Virus record (IMG/VR): IMGVR_UViG_3300031853_000003
Coordinates: 32,001 to 96,000 of that record
Length of the DNA stretch: 64,000 bases
Source: a virus
Lineage: Duplodnaviria; Caudoviricetes
Direction: 5' to 3' (one strand)
Under the pieces are notes generated by a model. That model had not been told where the DNA came from. It ran no database searches and saw nothing but the letters and a program-made list of their open reading frames with translations. The position numbers and the translations under genes were made by a program. Within the stretch, counting starts at the first letter, position 1; each line of letters begins with the position of its first letter. Below, piece by piece: positions 49,571 through 57,741 of the stretch.

Positions 49571-50391
49571 GAGACTGGTACTTCGGTAAAGACGAGGCAG
49601 AGAGATTCGGGGATCTGATCTGTGAGAAGCTTGCAGGCAAGACTGTATCTAAACGCAAAGACCTCGCAGAAGAGCCCGGCGGCCTGATCTACGAAGCAAA
49701 CAGACTCGGTATTGAAGATTTCTTCGACCTCCTCAAAGCCCTTGAAGGTCTGTGCTATCAGGGCAAGGCTGCCGAGATCGATGACTCTACTTACAAAGTA
49801 TATGGATGTGACAGCGTAACGTCTGCTGAAGAACCTACTATTCAGGATTACACAGTGGATGATAAGCTTCAACGCTATATCCATTCGCTTATAGGTCAGA
49901 TTGAGATACTCGCTGACGATTACGGTGTAACTATTCTGAAAGCAGACATCGAAGGAGATCAGTTCGTTGTTGTAGTTGACGGACATTCTGAAGTAGATGT
50001 TCCGCTTGAGTGTATTGTACCAGACTTCAAGTCGCTCGACAACGATGCGGAAGGTATCCTCCAGGTTGCACTAGGTATGGCGACGTTTGAAGACATATCT
50101 AGCTGCGATGATGTAATGTCCTCAGATGAAATTGTTGTTGATGACACATGGACTTGGATAGATTCTAAGACAGTATCTGACGGAGACGGCTTCCTCACAG
50201 AGTACACCTTATATCATAATGAGGCAACTGGTATGTATGTTTGCATCTTCGGAGATTCTGATCTGTATGGTCCTGAAGATACTGAGCCAGATTTCGAGAC
50301 GGACTCTGAGGAAGAGGCGTACGAGTGGTTCAATTCATACACCGGACTTGATGATGACGATGACTGGTCATTGTATGACGAGGAGATTTGA
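49567..50391 (+). CDS. acidic multi-segment protein
   Basis: Segments separated by VTSA, ISSC, VMSS. Confidence 0.55.
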   Translation: MRDWYFGKDEAERFGDLICEKLAGKTVSKRKDLAEEPGGLIYEANRLGIEDFFDLLKALEGLCYQGKAAEIDDSTYKVYGCDSVTSAEEPTIQDYTVDDKLQRYIHSLIGQIEILADDYGVTILKADIEGDQFVVVVDGHSEVDVPLECIVPDFKSLDNDAEGILQVALGMATFEDISSCDDVMSSDEIVVDDTWTWIDSKTVSDGDGFLTEYTLYHNEATGMYVCIFGDSDLYGPEDTEPDFETDSEEEAYEWFNSYTGLDDDDDWSLYDEEI

Positions 50392-50873
50392 TGGCAGGAT
50401 CTGAAATCGGCAAGAAAGCCGAAGATAAAATCAAACAATGGTTAGATAGACCTGACGAAGGTTACTCCTTTGACAGAATCTATGACCAGATGACTGGATT
50501 CTACGGAAGCAAAAACATCGCTGATTTCACCTGTTTCAAATCACCTAATGAATACTACATCGAAAGCAAAGCAACCTGGGAAGATAGATTTGACTTCAAC
50601 ATGATAACAGATACACAGCGAGAAGGACTTCTGCAAAAGTCAAAGATCGAAAACGTGTATGGTTGGGTTGTTGTCCTATTTGCTTCTCACAAGCGAGCTT
50701 TCGTACTTGATATTCGAGACATTGAGAGATGTCGTACGGAGCTAGGTCAGAAATCTCTCAATATAAGAAAGATAATGAAATGGCCAATTCCGTACAAAGA
50801 GATTCGAACTGTTCCTAACAATCGAAAGCAACTGCTTGATTATACGGGAGAGATCGAAGAATATATTCGCTAA
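50391..50873 (+). CDS. recU: Holliday junction resolvase, RecU-like (PD-(D/E)XK)
   Basis: GKKAE, RIYD, ADF, IESK, I.DTQ..GL. Confidence 0.7.
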   Translation: MAGSEIGKKAEDKIKQWLDRPDEGYSFDRIYDQMTGFYGSKNIADFTCFKSPNEYYIESKATWEDRFDFNMITDTQREGLLQKSKIENVYGWVVVLFASHKRAFVLDIRDIERCRTELGQKSLNIRKIMKWPIPYKEIRTVPNNRKQLLDYTGEIEEYIR

Positions 50874-50931
50874 CTTCTTGACCATTTGCCGGATGGTCTT
50901 TGTTTAGGCATAAAATACCTCCTTTCAAAAG

Positions 50932-50973
50932 AACAGATGCTCGTCACGGGTCAGGTGGCGAGCATTTGTTTTA
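50932..50973. terminator. terminator hairpin
   Basis: AACAGATGCTCGTCAC...GTGGCGAGCATTTGTT followed by T. Confidence 0.6.
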
Positions 50974-51003
50974 TCATCAAATTTCGTTAAATGTAGTAGA
51001 GAG

Positions 51004-51423
51004 GTGATATGTATGTGTAAATTGTGTGATACATACGATTTCAATCAGGTTCAGATATTGGATCAGCTTGGAGAAACTACTATTGCACTTAGAAGTGGAT
51101 CAGCGCCCTTCCCTATGTCAGAGCACTTTCAACACTGCCCGCTGTGTGGCAGACACATTTTCTATGATGAATTCAGTAAGGGTTCCGAACACATCTTCGT
51201 TGTGAAACATGATGAAGACTTTGAAGATGTATACTACGGCAGGATCATCAGTGTATTCGGCAATGATGTAACCTTCATAACTATGCTAACAGATCAGCCT
51301 GTTAGCTTCACTGTCAAGAAGGTAGATGTATTCAGCCTCTCTGAGTATCTGCATTACAAGTATATCGCATACAATGCGAACCGTACAGAGCATTTCAAGA
51401 TTGACGTGAAACTAGGCGTATAG
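51004..51423 (+). CDS. zinc-finger hypothetical protein
   Basis: CKLC...HCPLCGR; TCGTTA at 50984. Confidence 0.55.
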   Translation: MICMCKLCDTYDFNQVQILDQLGETTIALRSGSAPFPMSEHFQHCPLCGRHIFYDEFSKGSEHIFVVKHDEDFEDVYYGRIISVFGNDVTFITMLTDQPVSFTVKKVDVFSLSEYLHYKYIAYNANRTEHFKIDVKLGV

Positions 51424-51461
51424 CCTTTCATATACATATCATTCCAAAGGAGGAACACATA

Positions 51462-51917
51462 TTGTTTAACAAACGAAAGATGAGGAAGCGAGCCTACAAA
51501 GATATGTCTGAAATGTCATTGAAGCGATTCAAGGATATGCTGATGAAGCTCGGCGGACACTGTCCGGAAGCTGCTTCTGCCATCGCACGAGAGATGCTCA
51601 GCAAGGGTGTGATCTATCCACCTGTGATGCCTAAGGATACAGTTTGGTGGGTTACACCTGTTTGTGCTGATCTCATTTTCAACAAGAGATTGCACAAGGC
51701 AAAAGTATTTTCTGTCATGTATAAAGAAGAAGGCTGTATCATTCGTCTCAAACTTAATGGAAGAAACGAAAGGGGTCGCTTCGATTCTGCGTATGTAGAC
51801 GTACCAATAACAGATCTCGGCATGGCGCTATTTTACAGGAAGGAATATGCAAGAGCAACTTGCGCAACACTTGAAAGGGACATCAAAGATGAATGTGAAA
51901 ACACTAAACGGAGCTAA
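51462..51917 (+). CDS. hypothetical protein
   Basis: AAGGAGG SD; PKDTVWWV motif. Confidence 0.55.
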   Translation: MFNKRKMRKRAYKDMSEMSLKRFKDMLMKLGGHCPEAASAIAREMLSKGVIYPPVMPKDTVWWVTPVCADLIFNKRLHKAKVFSVMYKEEGCIIRLKLNGRNERGRFDSAYVDVPITDLGMALFYRKEYARATCATLERDIKDECENTKRS

Positions 51918-52182
51918 TCTTCTGCTTCCTGCCAAACCTGGTGATCATGTTTGGCTTATTGTAGGTCTTGGATTCTATGAGGTACGTGAATGTATCATTT
52001 CTCAATGGATCTACAACGAAAACGGAATCTTCTGCAAGTTGAAGTATTTGGATAAGGATACAAAGGAGCCAATTGTCGAGCTTCGTACAGACTATCCAAT
52101 TGACGACTTCTCAAAATATATCTTTTTAGCAGAATCTGATGCAAAGATGTTTTGTGATAAGTACAATGGACTAGATATGTAG
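51889..52182 (+). CDS. hypothetical protein (paralogue of the preceding gene)
   Basis: LPAKPGDHVW...IFL.E..A. Confidence 0.55.
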   Translation: MNVKTLNGANLLLPAKPGDHVWLIVGLGFYEVRECIISQWIYNENGIFCKLKYLDKDTKEPIVELRTDYPIDDFSKYIFLAESDAKMFCDKYNGLDM

Positions 52183-52192
52183 GAGGTATGGC

Positions 52193-52588
52193 ATGATAGA
52201 CTCAACAGAACAGACGATGTTAGGAACAATTGTAAATATAGTCAATTCTTCTAGATACTCTTCAAATCTTTCAGAGAAGATACTAGACGCTGTAAAGCAG
52301 TCACTCCCGAAATTGGTTGACCTCAATAGCTGTACTCTGAGAGATATTCGTGATACACTGGTTTCACACAACGAACTTGTTGGCATTTATGTTACAGATG
52401 ATAAATGTGAGGAAAATACTTCTCGAAGACTTGTTCGTTGCGAATTCTGGGGAGTTCCCGAAGAATTTCTTGATTGTACCGTTCGGCGAATATACGGTGC
52501 AGTAGCCGAAACTATCTATGAAAGTGATACAGTCTACATAGAGGTGTATCCAAAGGAGGGTGTAACAGATGGCGAAGTATTTTCCTAA
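52193..52588 (+). CDS. hypothetical protein
   Basis: AGGAGG SD. Confidence 0.55.
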   Translation: MIDSTEQTMLGTIVNIVNSSRYSSNLSEKILDAVKQSLPKLVDLNSCTLRDIRDTLVSHNELVGIYVTDDKCEENTSRRLVRCEFWGVPEEFLDCTVRRIYGAVAETIYESDTVYIEVYPKEGVTDGEVFS

Positions 52589-52979
52589 GGACTGCCCAGC
52601 AAACTGTCCACATTACAGTATTGAATCTGTGCTTGGTGACAGCTGTGAAGAAATGTGTGATATCATCCAGTCACGCGAAGCAGATATTCCATCTAATACC
52701 CCTATCGTATGTCCGCTAGACGATGAATTTGAAGATGCTTCTTCTGCACGCAAGGTATCATTCACTATTCACTGCGAGATGTCTGAGAGATGGGTTGATA
52801 CATTCTGCAGTATGCTGAAACGCATGGAGTACAACGGAAGTATCGGACACAGCGAAGAAGTTACGCTATACTCAGACGGTGACGGAGATTTTCGACCGAA
52901 GTTTGAGATCTTGCAGGACTACGAAGAAGTAGAACCTACTCGCAGCACACAGTGGTCGAAGAAGTACGACGCTGGCTGA
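52569..52979 (+). CDS. hypothetical protein
   Basis: AAGGAGG SD; GSIGHS..YSDGDGDFRPKF phage motif. Confidence 0.6.
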   Translation: MAKYFPKDCPANCPHYSIESVLGDSCEEMCDIIQSREADIPSNTPIVCPLDDEFEDASSARKVSFTIHCEMSERWVDTFCSMLKRMEYNGSIGHSEEVTLYSDGDGDFRPKFEILQDYEEVEPTRSTQWSKKYDAG

Positions 52980-53018
52980 TTCGTTATACATATCACCACA
53001 ATACATAGGAGGAACACA

Positions 53019-53504
53019 ATGCCTAACAGAAAAAGGATCACAGGTACAGACTCATTTGGAGATCTGTGCTTCTTGATCAATGACACACCAATCCACTCTT
53101 CAGAAGATATGCATGGTAGCGCATTTGACATCATTCTTCACAGACTGTTTGAGTACGAACAGGCTGAGGAACACGGAGAGATCATTCGCACATCCGGCGA
53201 CATCGACGTATCCGGTACAGTAAGCTACACAGGCAAGGCCATCAGAGAGTGGGCAGAGAATGAGTGTAAGCGAGGAGAGGATCCGTACATCCAGAAGTTC
53301 TACGACAGGTACTTCGGCAAGGATGCTGAACGCATTCCAAACGATCGTGTATACTACTTCGTCAACTTCACCGGAATGTGGCGCAGCCTCGATCTCCACG
53401 GAACCGTCACCGCTTACACCGGCTACTCCATCCGCAGAGACACTGAAAAGTCCCCGAGATCGGCTCAGCCGAATGCTGATGCTCCTAAGAAATGGAGGAA
53501 GTAA
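53019..53504 (+). CDS. hypothetical protein
   Basis: TCGTTA at 52981; AGGAGG SD. Confidence 0.6.
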   Translation: MPNRKRITGTDSFGDLCFLINDTPIHSSEDMHGSAFDIILHRLFEYEQAEEHGEIIRTSGDIDVSGTVSYTGKAIREWAENECKRGEDPYIQKFYDRYFGKDAERIPNDRVYYFVNFTGMWRSLDLHGTVTAYTGYSIRRDTEKSPRSAQPNADAPKKWRK

Positions 53505-53505
53505 G

Positions 53506-54393
53506 ATGATCGACATCTATGAAAACAACATCAAACCTTTCCGCGAATTCCAACTGTGGTTCGCTCCGCGGTATCCCGATTGCACTGTATTCGACATCTA
53601 CAAAATCAATGAAGACGGTACGCTTGAAACAGAGCCCATCGGCGACATCTCAGTAGGCAGTATGGATTGTCGTAACACTCCTACTGACATCCTTGATCTC
53701 GTCTACACAGAGTGGAACAATTTCAAGACCCGTCCGGAGTTTTTCGTCTATGAGCTTCGTCATATGAATCCGGAAGACTTCGACAAGCTGAACAAGCAGG
53801 TCTTCTTCGACACACTCCTCATCGGTATTGCGCTGATTCGAGTTTTCAGATCGTCTCGTTCTGATCCCGATGTAGCGCTCCCCATGATCAAGAAATGCAC
53901 TGACTGGCTGCATACAACAGATTTCTACAGAGCTCCGGCATCGTCAGTCTATCATGAATGCTATGCAGGCGGGCTTGTAGATCATACCCTTACAGTTGCG
54001 ATGAATATCGCCGAACTGCGCCACGCTCCGAATTTCAAGGATGTGCGTATCGAAGATGCTGTCCTTGTTGCACTTGTCCATGACTGGTGTAAGATCGGCT
54101 ACTATGAGCCCTATCAGAAAAACGTCAAGAACGAGCAGACCGGTCAGTGGGAGAAGGTCGACGCCTTCAGACGCTCAGATGCACTGGTTCCGCTCGGCCA
54201 TGGAGTTGCTTCCATGTTTCTCGCACGTTGCTATTTCAGACTGTCCGTAGAGGAGAGCCTTGCTATCAGATGGCACATGGGTGAATACAATGTCGCTCCG
54301 AACGAGATGAACGAGCTTCACCAGGCCAACGAGAAATACCCTCTGGTACAGTTGATTCAGTTTGCTGACCGACTTTCTGTTGCAGCATACTAA
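53506..54393 (+). CDS. HD-domain phosphohydrolase (YhaM/Cbf-like HD domain)
   Basis: APAS..YH..GGLVDH, LVHDWCKIG, GHG, AIRWHMG, FAD. Confidence 0.8.
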   Translation: MIDIYENNIKPFREFQLWFAPRYPDCTVFDIYKINEDGTLETEPIGDISVGSMDCRNTPTDILDLVYTEWNNFKTRPEFFVYELRHMNPEDFDKLNKQVFFDTLLIGIALIRVFRSSRSDPDVALPMIKKCTDWLHTTDFYRAPASSVYHECYAGGLVDHTLTVAMNIAELRHAPNFKDVRIEDAVLVALVHDWCKIGYYEPYQKNVKNEQTGQWEKVDAFRRSDALVPLGHGVASMFLARCYFRLSVEESLAIRWHMGEYNVAPNEMNELHQANEKYPLVQLIQFADRLSVAAY

Positions 54394-54424
54394 TCTTATA
54401 TAACAATGAAGGAGTTGATCTACA

Positions 54425-54652
54425 ATGTATAACACATTCAAAGACATCGCAGAAAAGGCAATTGCAGAAGGCAAAAACTATCCGCTCGCCGCGAAAGGTC
54501 CCGACGGCGATGACGTAATCATCGAGTCTCTCATCACTCAGGAAAAAGACGGCCGTCATTTCTTCCGTGTTGCTACTATGCAGACTGACGGAACAACTCG
54601 CATCAATCGCTACTACGAGGACGGCGAGGTCCGCGAGACCTTCGAGAAGTAA
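54425..54652 (+). CDS. hypothetical protein
   Basis: AAGGAG SD. Confidence 0.6.
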   Translation: MYNTFKDIAEKAIAEGKNYPLAAKGPDGDDVIIESLITQEKDGRHFFRVATMQTDGTTRINRYYEDGEVRETFEK

Positions 54653-54664
54653 GGAGCGATACAC

Positions 54665-55363
54665 TTGACCAAGCTGACAGGTTCATACCTGATCAGCCAG
54701 AGTGGGAATATCATGAAAGTCGATATACATGTCCCGTCTACAACCTATATGGGTCGAGGCATATATCGACTTTCTCCTACTGATATGGAGTTCTTACTCA
54801 ACGAGGGGCTGATCACACTAGACGAAGCATATTCAATGCTTCTTCAAGATTATCTCATCTTCATAAATAACAACGGTTTCTCTCTGCTAACACCTTCGCA
54901 GTATCGAAAGTTCGCAGATTTGAAATACGCACCCAAGATGGACGAATTCATATTCAATGTATCTGCTAAGTGTAAGAGCAAAGAAGATATTGAAGAGCTG
55001 TTGAATTCCTATAAGCGTGTTCCATATGAAGAGAAACGCAGATGGTATCAATATCTGTGCGACGAGTACTGCAAACTATACATCTATAAGGATGTAGTTG
55101 AGTTCCGGATATGCGGATCATCTGGATTTGACTGGAATGAAGTCATCATAGACGATGTATTGCTGAATGATGAATATGATTTCCAAGCTAACATGAATTA
55201 CCGATTCACTATAATGCACGAAGACTCAAGTAGATACAAACCGTACTTTGTATCAGCGACACTTACTCAGATACTTGAGAATGACACAACTGTTATGTCA
55301 AGTGAGGACGTGTTTTACCGTGAACGGACAGTTACTGACGACGGAGAACTCGTTTACACATAA
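54665..55363 (+). CDS. hypothetical protein
   Basis: AAGGAG SD; TTG start. Confidence 0.55.
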   Translation: MTKLTGSYLISQSGNIMKVDIHVPSTTYMGRGIYRLSPTDMEFLLNEGLITLDEAYSMLLQDYLIFINNNGFSLLTPSQYRKFADLKYAPKMDEFIFNVSAKCKSKEDIEELLNSYKRVPYEEKRRWYQYLCDEYCKLYIYKDVVEFRICGSSGFDWNEVIIDDVLLNDEYDFQANMNYRFTIMHEDSSRYKPYFVSATLTQILENDTTVMSSEDVFYRERTVTDDGELVYT

Positions 55364-55374
55364 GAGGTAACTCT

Positions 55375-55617
55375 ATGCTGACTTTTGAATTTGATCATGT
55401 AGTTATCCGAGATCTTTCAGCTACTGGTGTTGCAATCTTCTTCGACGATAAGAACGGTAACATCATAAAAGCTAATTACTACTATAACACATTCAGAGAT
55501 AGAGCAGCTCTCAAAGAGGCTGTTCCGGCTGAGGCTTATCAGAGAATTCTCGACGTCTGGAGCAACTATCCTGTACTCAAAGATGATTGGATGACACATA
55601 GACCTACATGCAAATGA
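55375..55617 (+). CDS. hypothetical protein
   Basis: GAGG SD. Confidence 0.55.
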   Translation: MLTFEFDHVVIRDLSATGVAIFFDDKNGNIIKANYYYNTFRDRAALKEAVPAEAYQRILDVWSNYPVLKDDWMTHRPTCK

Positions 55618-55621
55618 TATC

Positions 55622-55654
55622 ATAAGGCGAGACGGCTGAATCTCGCCTTATTTC
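55622..55654 (+). terminator. terminator hairpin
   Basis: ATAAGGCGAGA...TCTCGCCTTAT followed by TT. Confidence 0.65.
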
Positions 55655-55704
55655 ATTGGTTGAACCTTAAATAGTATTACAACTAAGATTGGAGGACAAC
55701 CTTT

Positions 55705-56076
55705 ATGAACATAAAGAGATCACAACGAATCGTGGCTGCTGAAGGCGATGAGTTTGATGCAGATGACCTGATGTACGATGAAGACGAGAGCCTAAGCGAC
55801 ACTCTCGATGACGTTGCAGATACTGTCGAAGATATGCAGGACTCAATGGACGACATCCGAGAGGACGACGTCGATATTGAGGTTGACAACAACATCGCTG
55901 GTCACTACATCGCTGAGTGCGATAACTGCCACGGAGTATTCATATCAGCCGTTATAGAATCTGACCAGCATATTGATCATGTATCTGGCATATGCCCTCT
56001 GTGTGAAAAAGAATCAGATCAGTATCTGAAGTGGGTCATTTCAGCTGTCGAGGATAGAGATTCTGACGCAATGTAA
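55705..56076 (+). CDS. acidic zinc-ribbon protein with basic leader
   Basis: MNIKRSQRIVAAEG; CDNC...CPLC; ACCTTAAATA at 55664. Confidence 0.6.
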   Translation: MNIKRSQRIVAAEGDEFDADDLMYDEDESLSDTLDDVADTVEDMQDSMDDIREDDVDIEVDNNIAGHYIAECDNCHGVFISAVIESDQHIDHVSGICPLCEKESDQYLKWVISAVEDRDSDAM

Positions 56077-56088
56077 GGATGATTATAA

Positions 56089-56298
56089 TTGGACGCACCA
56101 TTCCATTTCACACCTTGCTGCATCTGCGGTAAGGACTTCATAAAGAGGCCAGGCCATATCTACAAAGTGCAGTTTGCAGGTAGGGTCGAATACTGCTGTT
56201 CATATACTTGCCACAACAAAGCAATGAAAGCAAAAGAAAACTCTAACAGCAGTATGTATACTCGCATACGAAAGGAAATGAATTCATCACATGAATAA
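56089..56298 (+). CDS. small zinc-finger (TRASH-like) protein
   Basis: CCICGK...YCCSYTC. Confidence 0.55.
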   Translation: MDAPFHFTPCCICGKDFIKRPGHIYKVQFAGRVEYCCSYTCHNKAMKAKENSNSSMYTRIRKEMNSSHE

Positions 56299-57376
56299 GG
56301 TAATAAGAGCAAACACGGAGAATGAACAACCAGTTACAACTCCTGAGATCGACAACTGGGAAGATTCGGAGCAAGAATTTTCATCTGAGAAGACATCTAT
56401 CAACAGCAACAAGCTGCCTGCGATATTCCGTCTGATCAAGAACTGGGCGTCAGGTACGCTGAATCTCGACTATGACGGCGGTAAGTTCGACAACGCATCA
56501 GAGTACCTTGCGGAGCTAGGTGTAACTAATCTCATCTATGATAAGTATAACAGATCCAGCGAGCATAACAACAGTGTAATTACACAGGTTCGACAGAACG
56601 GCGGAGCTGATACTTCTACGCTTTCAAATGTGCTCAACGTAATCAAAGAGAAGTCAGCAAGAATTGCTTGTCTGAAGAATATCCGTAATCTGCTGAAGCC
56701 TTCAGGCGTATTGTATGTCACAGTGTATGAGGGTTCCGGTACCGGAGAAGGGAAACCTACGTCGTCAGGCTATCAACGCAATCTCAAGACAGCGGGCTAC
56801 CTCGAAGAGATCCAAGAGATATTCCCGTCAGCATATCGCAAAGGTAAACTCATCATCTGCCCCATGCAGGAGTCTGCTAACAGCTCCAAGAAGATTGAAG
56901 CCGGTTGGGGAGTGTATGATTATCCCGAACCTCCTGATCCTAAAGAGTATCTGGAGAAGGATGATGTCGAGGACATAATCGACTTTGAAGTTGATGACAT
57001 CATCAACGTTGATGAGGACGGCGAGTGGGATTTTGAAACAGACGAGTTCCCTTGGCTCGAGCCTGAATACAATGACGGAACTTGGAGTTGCAGTGAGTAC
57101 CCAGGTATCGAGCTAGATGATGAAACCGGCGTCATTGAGAAGACATATGAATTGCTTGAGCCGTTCATTCCTGGATCCAAAGGTCGCTACAGAATCCGAG
57201 CTACTGTCACTCTCAGCTACACTGTTTCAGGTGTTGAGTACGAAATCACAGATCGTTGGACCGACGAGCGTCACGGAGACGACTGGGACGAAGAGGTCTA
57301 TACAGACAATGCCGAAGTTGAATACAACGAGAAGCTGTCAACTGTAGAAAATTTCCGATTCAGCGACGAGACGTAA
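56291..57376 (+). CDS. class I SAM-dependent methyltransferase-like domain + acidic domain
   Basis: LDYDGGKFD (motif I), IYDKY, SNVLNVI, LKPSG.LYVTVYEG, YQ. Confidence 0.65.
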   Translation: MNKVIRANTENEQPVTTPEIDNWEDSEQEFSSEKTSINSNKLPAIFRLIKNWASGTLNLDYDGGKFDNASEYLAELGVTNLIYDKYNRSSEHNNSVITQVRQNGGADTSTLSNVLNVIKEKSARIACLKNIRNLLKPSGVLYVTVYEGSGTGEGKPTSSGYQRNLKTAGYLEEIQEIFPSAYRKGKLIICPMQESANSSKKIEAGWGVYDYPEPPDPKEYLEKDDVEDIIDFEVDDIINVDEDGEWDFETDEFPWLEPEYNDGTWSCSEYPGIELDDETGVIEKTYELLEPFIPGSKGRYRIRATVTLSYTVSGVEYEITDRWTDERHGDDWDEEVYTDNAEVEYNEKLSTVENFRFSDET

Positions 57377-57469
57377 TCGATACAAAATCATAATTTCGTT
57401 AAAGTACTTGTAATCAATCATAGAGATTGGTCGCAAGTACTTTTCTTTATGTAATAAGGGGATAATATC

Positions 57470-57736
57470 ATGAAAAGAGTATTCAGAGTATTTGAAGTCA
57501 TCAACGCTATCTTAGCAGGAGGCGGATTCTTCTGCTTATGCAACATCAACGACAACGCAGAGAACTTAGTTGGTACAGCTGTTCTTCTGCTTGTTGTATC
57601 CATTGTATGCGGGCTGCTTACTGCACTGTTTGAGTATCTCCAAAGAGTAGAGATTAAACTCTCTGACAGCGCCTGCATCGTTCTTTATATCATTCAGATG
57701 CCATTTACTCACATGACCAAAAGAAGGAGTAGATAA
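57470..57736 (+). CDS. small membrane protein
   Basis: Hydrophobic; TCGTTA at 57396. Confidence 0.55.
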   Translation: MKRVFRVFEVINAILAGGGFFCLCNINDNAENLVGTAVLLLVVSIVCGLLTALFEYLQRVEIKLSDSACIVLYIIQMPFTHMTKRRSR

Positions 57737-57741
57737 TCGAC

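Noticed and set aside
53260-53505. N-terminal extension of the HD protein given in the ORF track
   Set aside because: Overlaps gene 53019-53504; the real start is more likely ATG 53506 after GGAGG.
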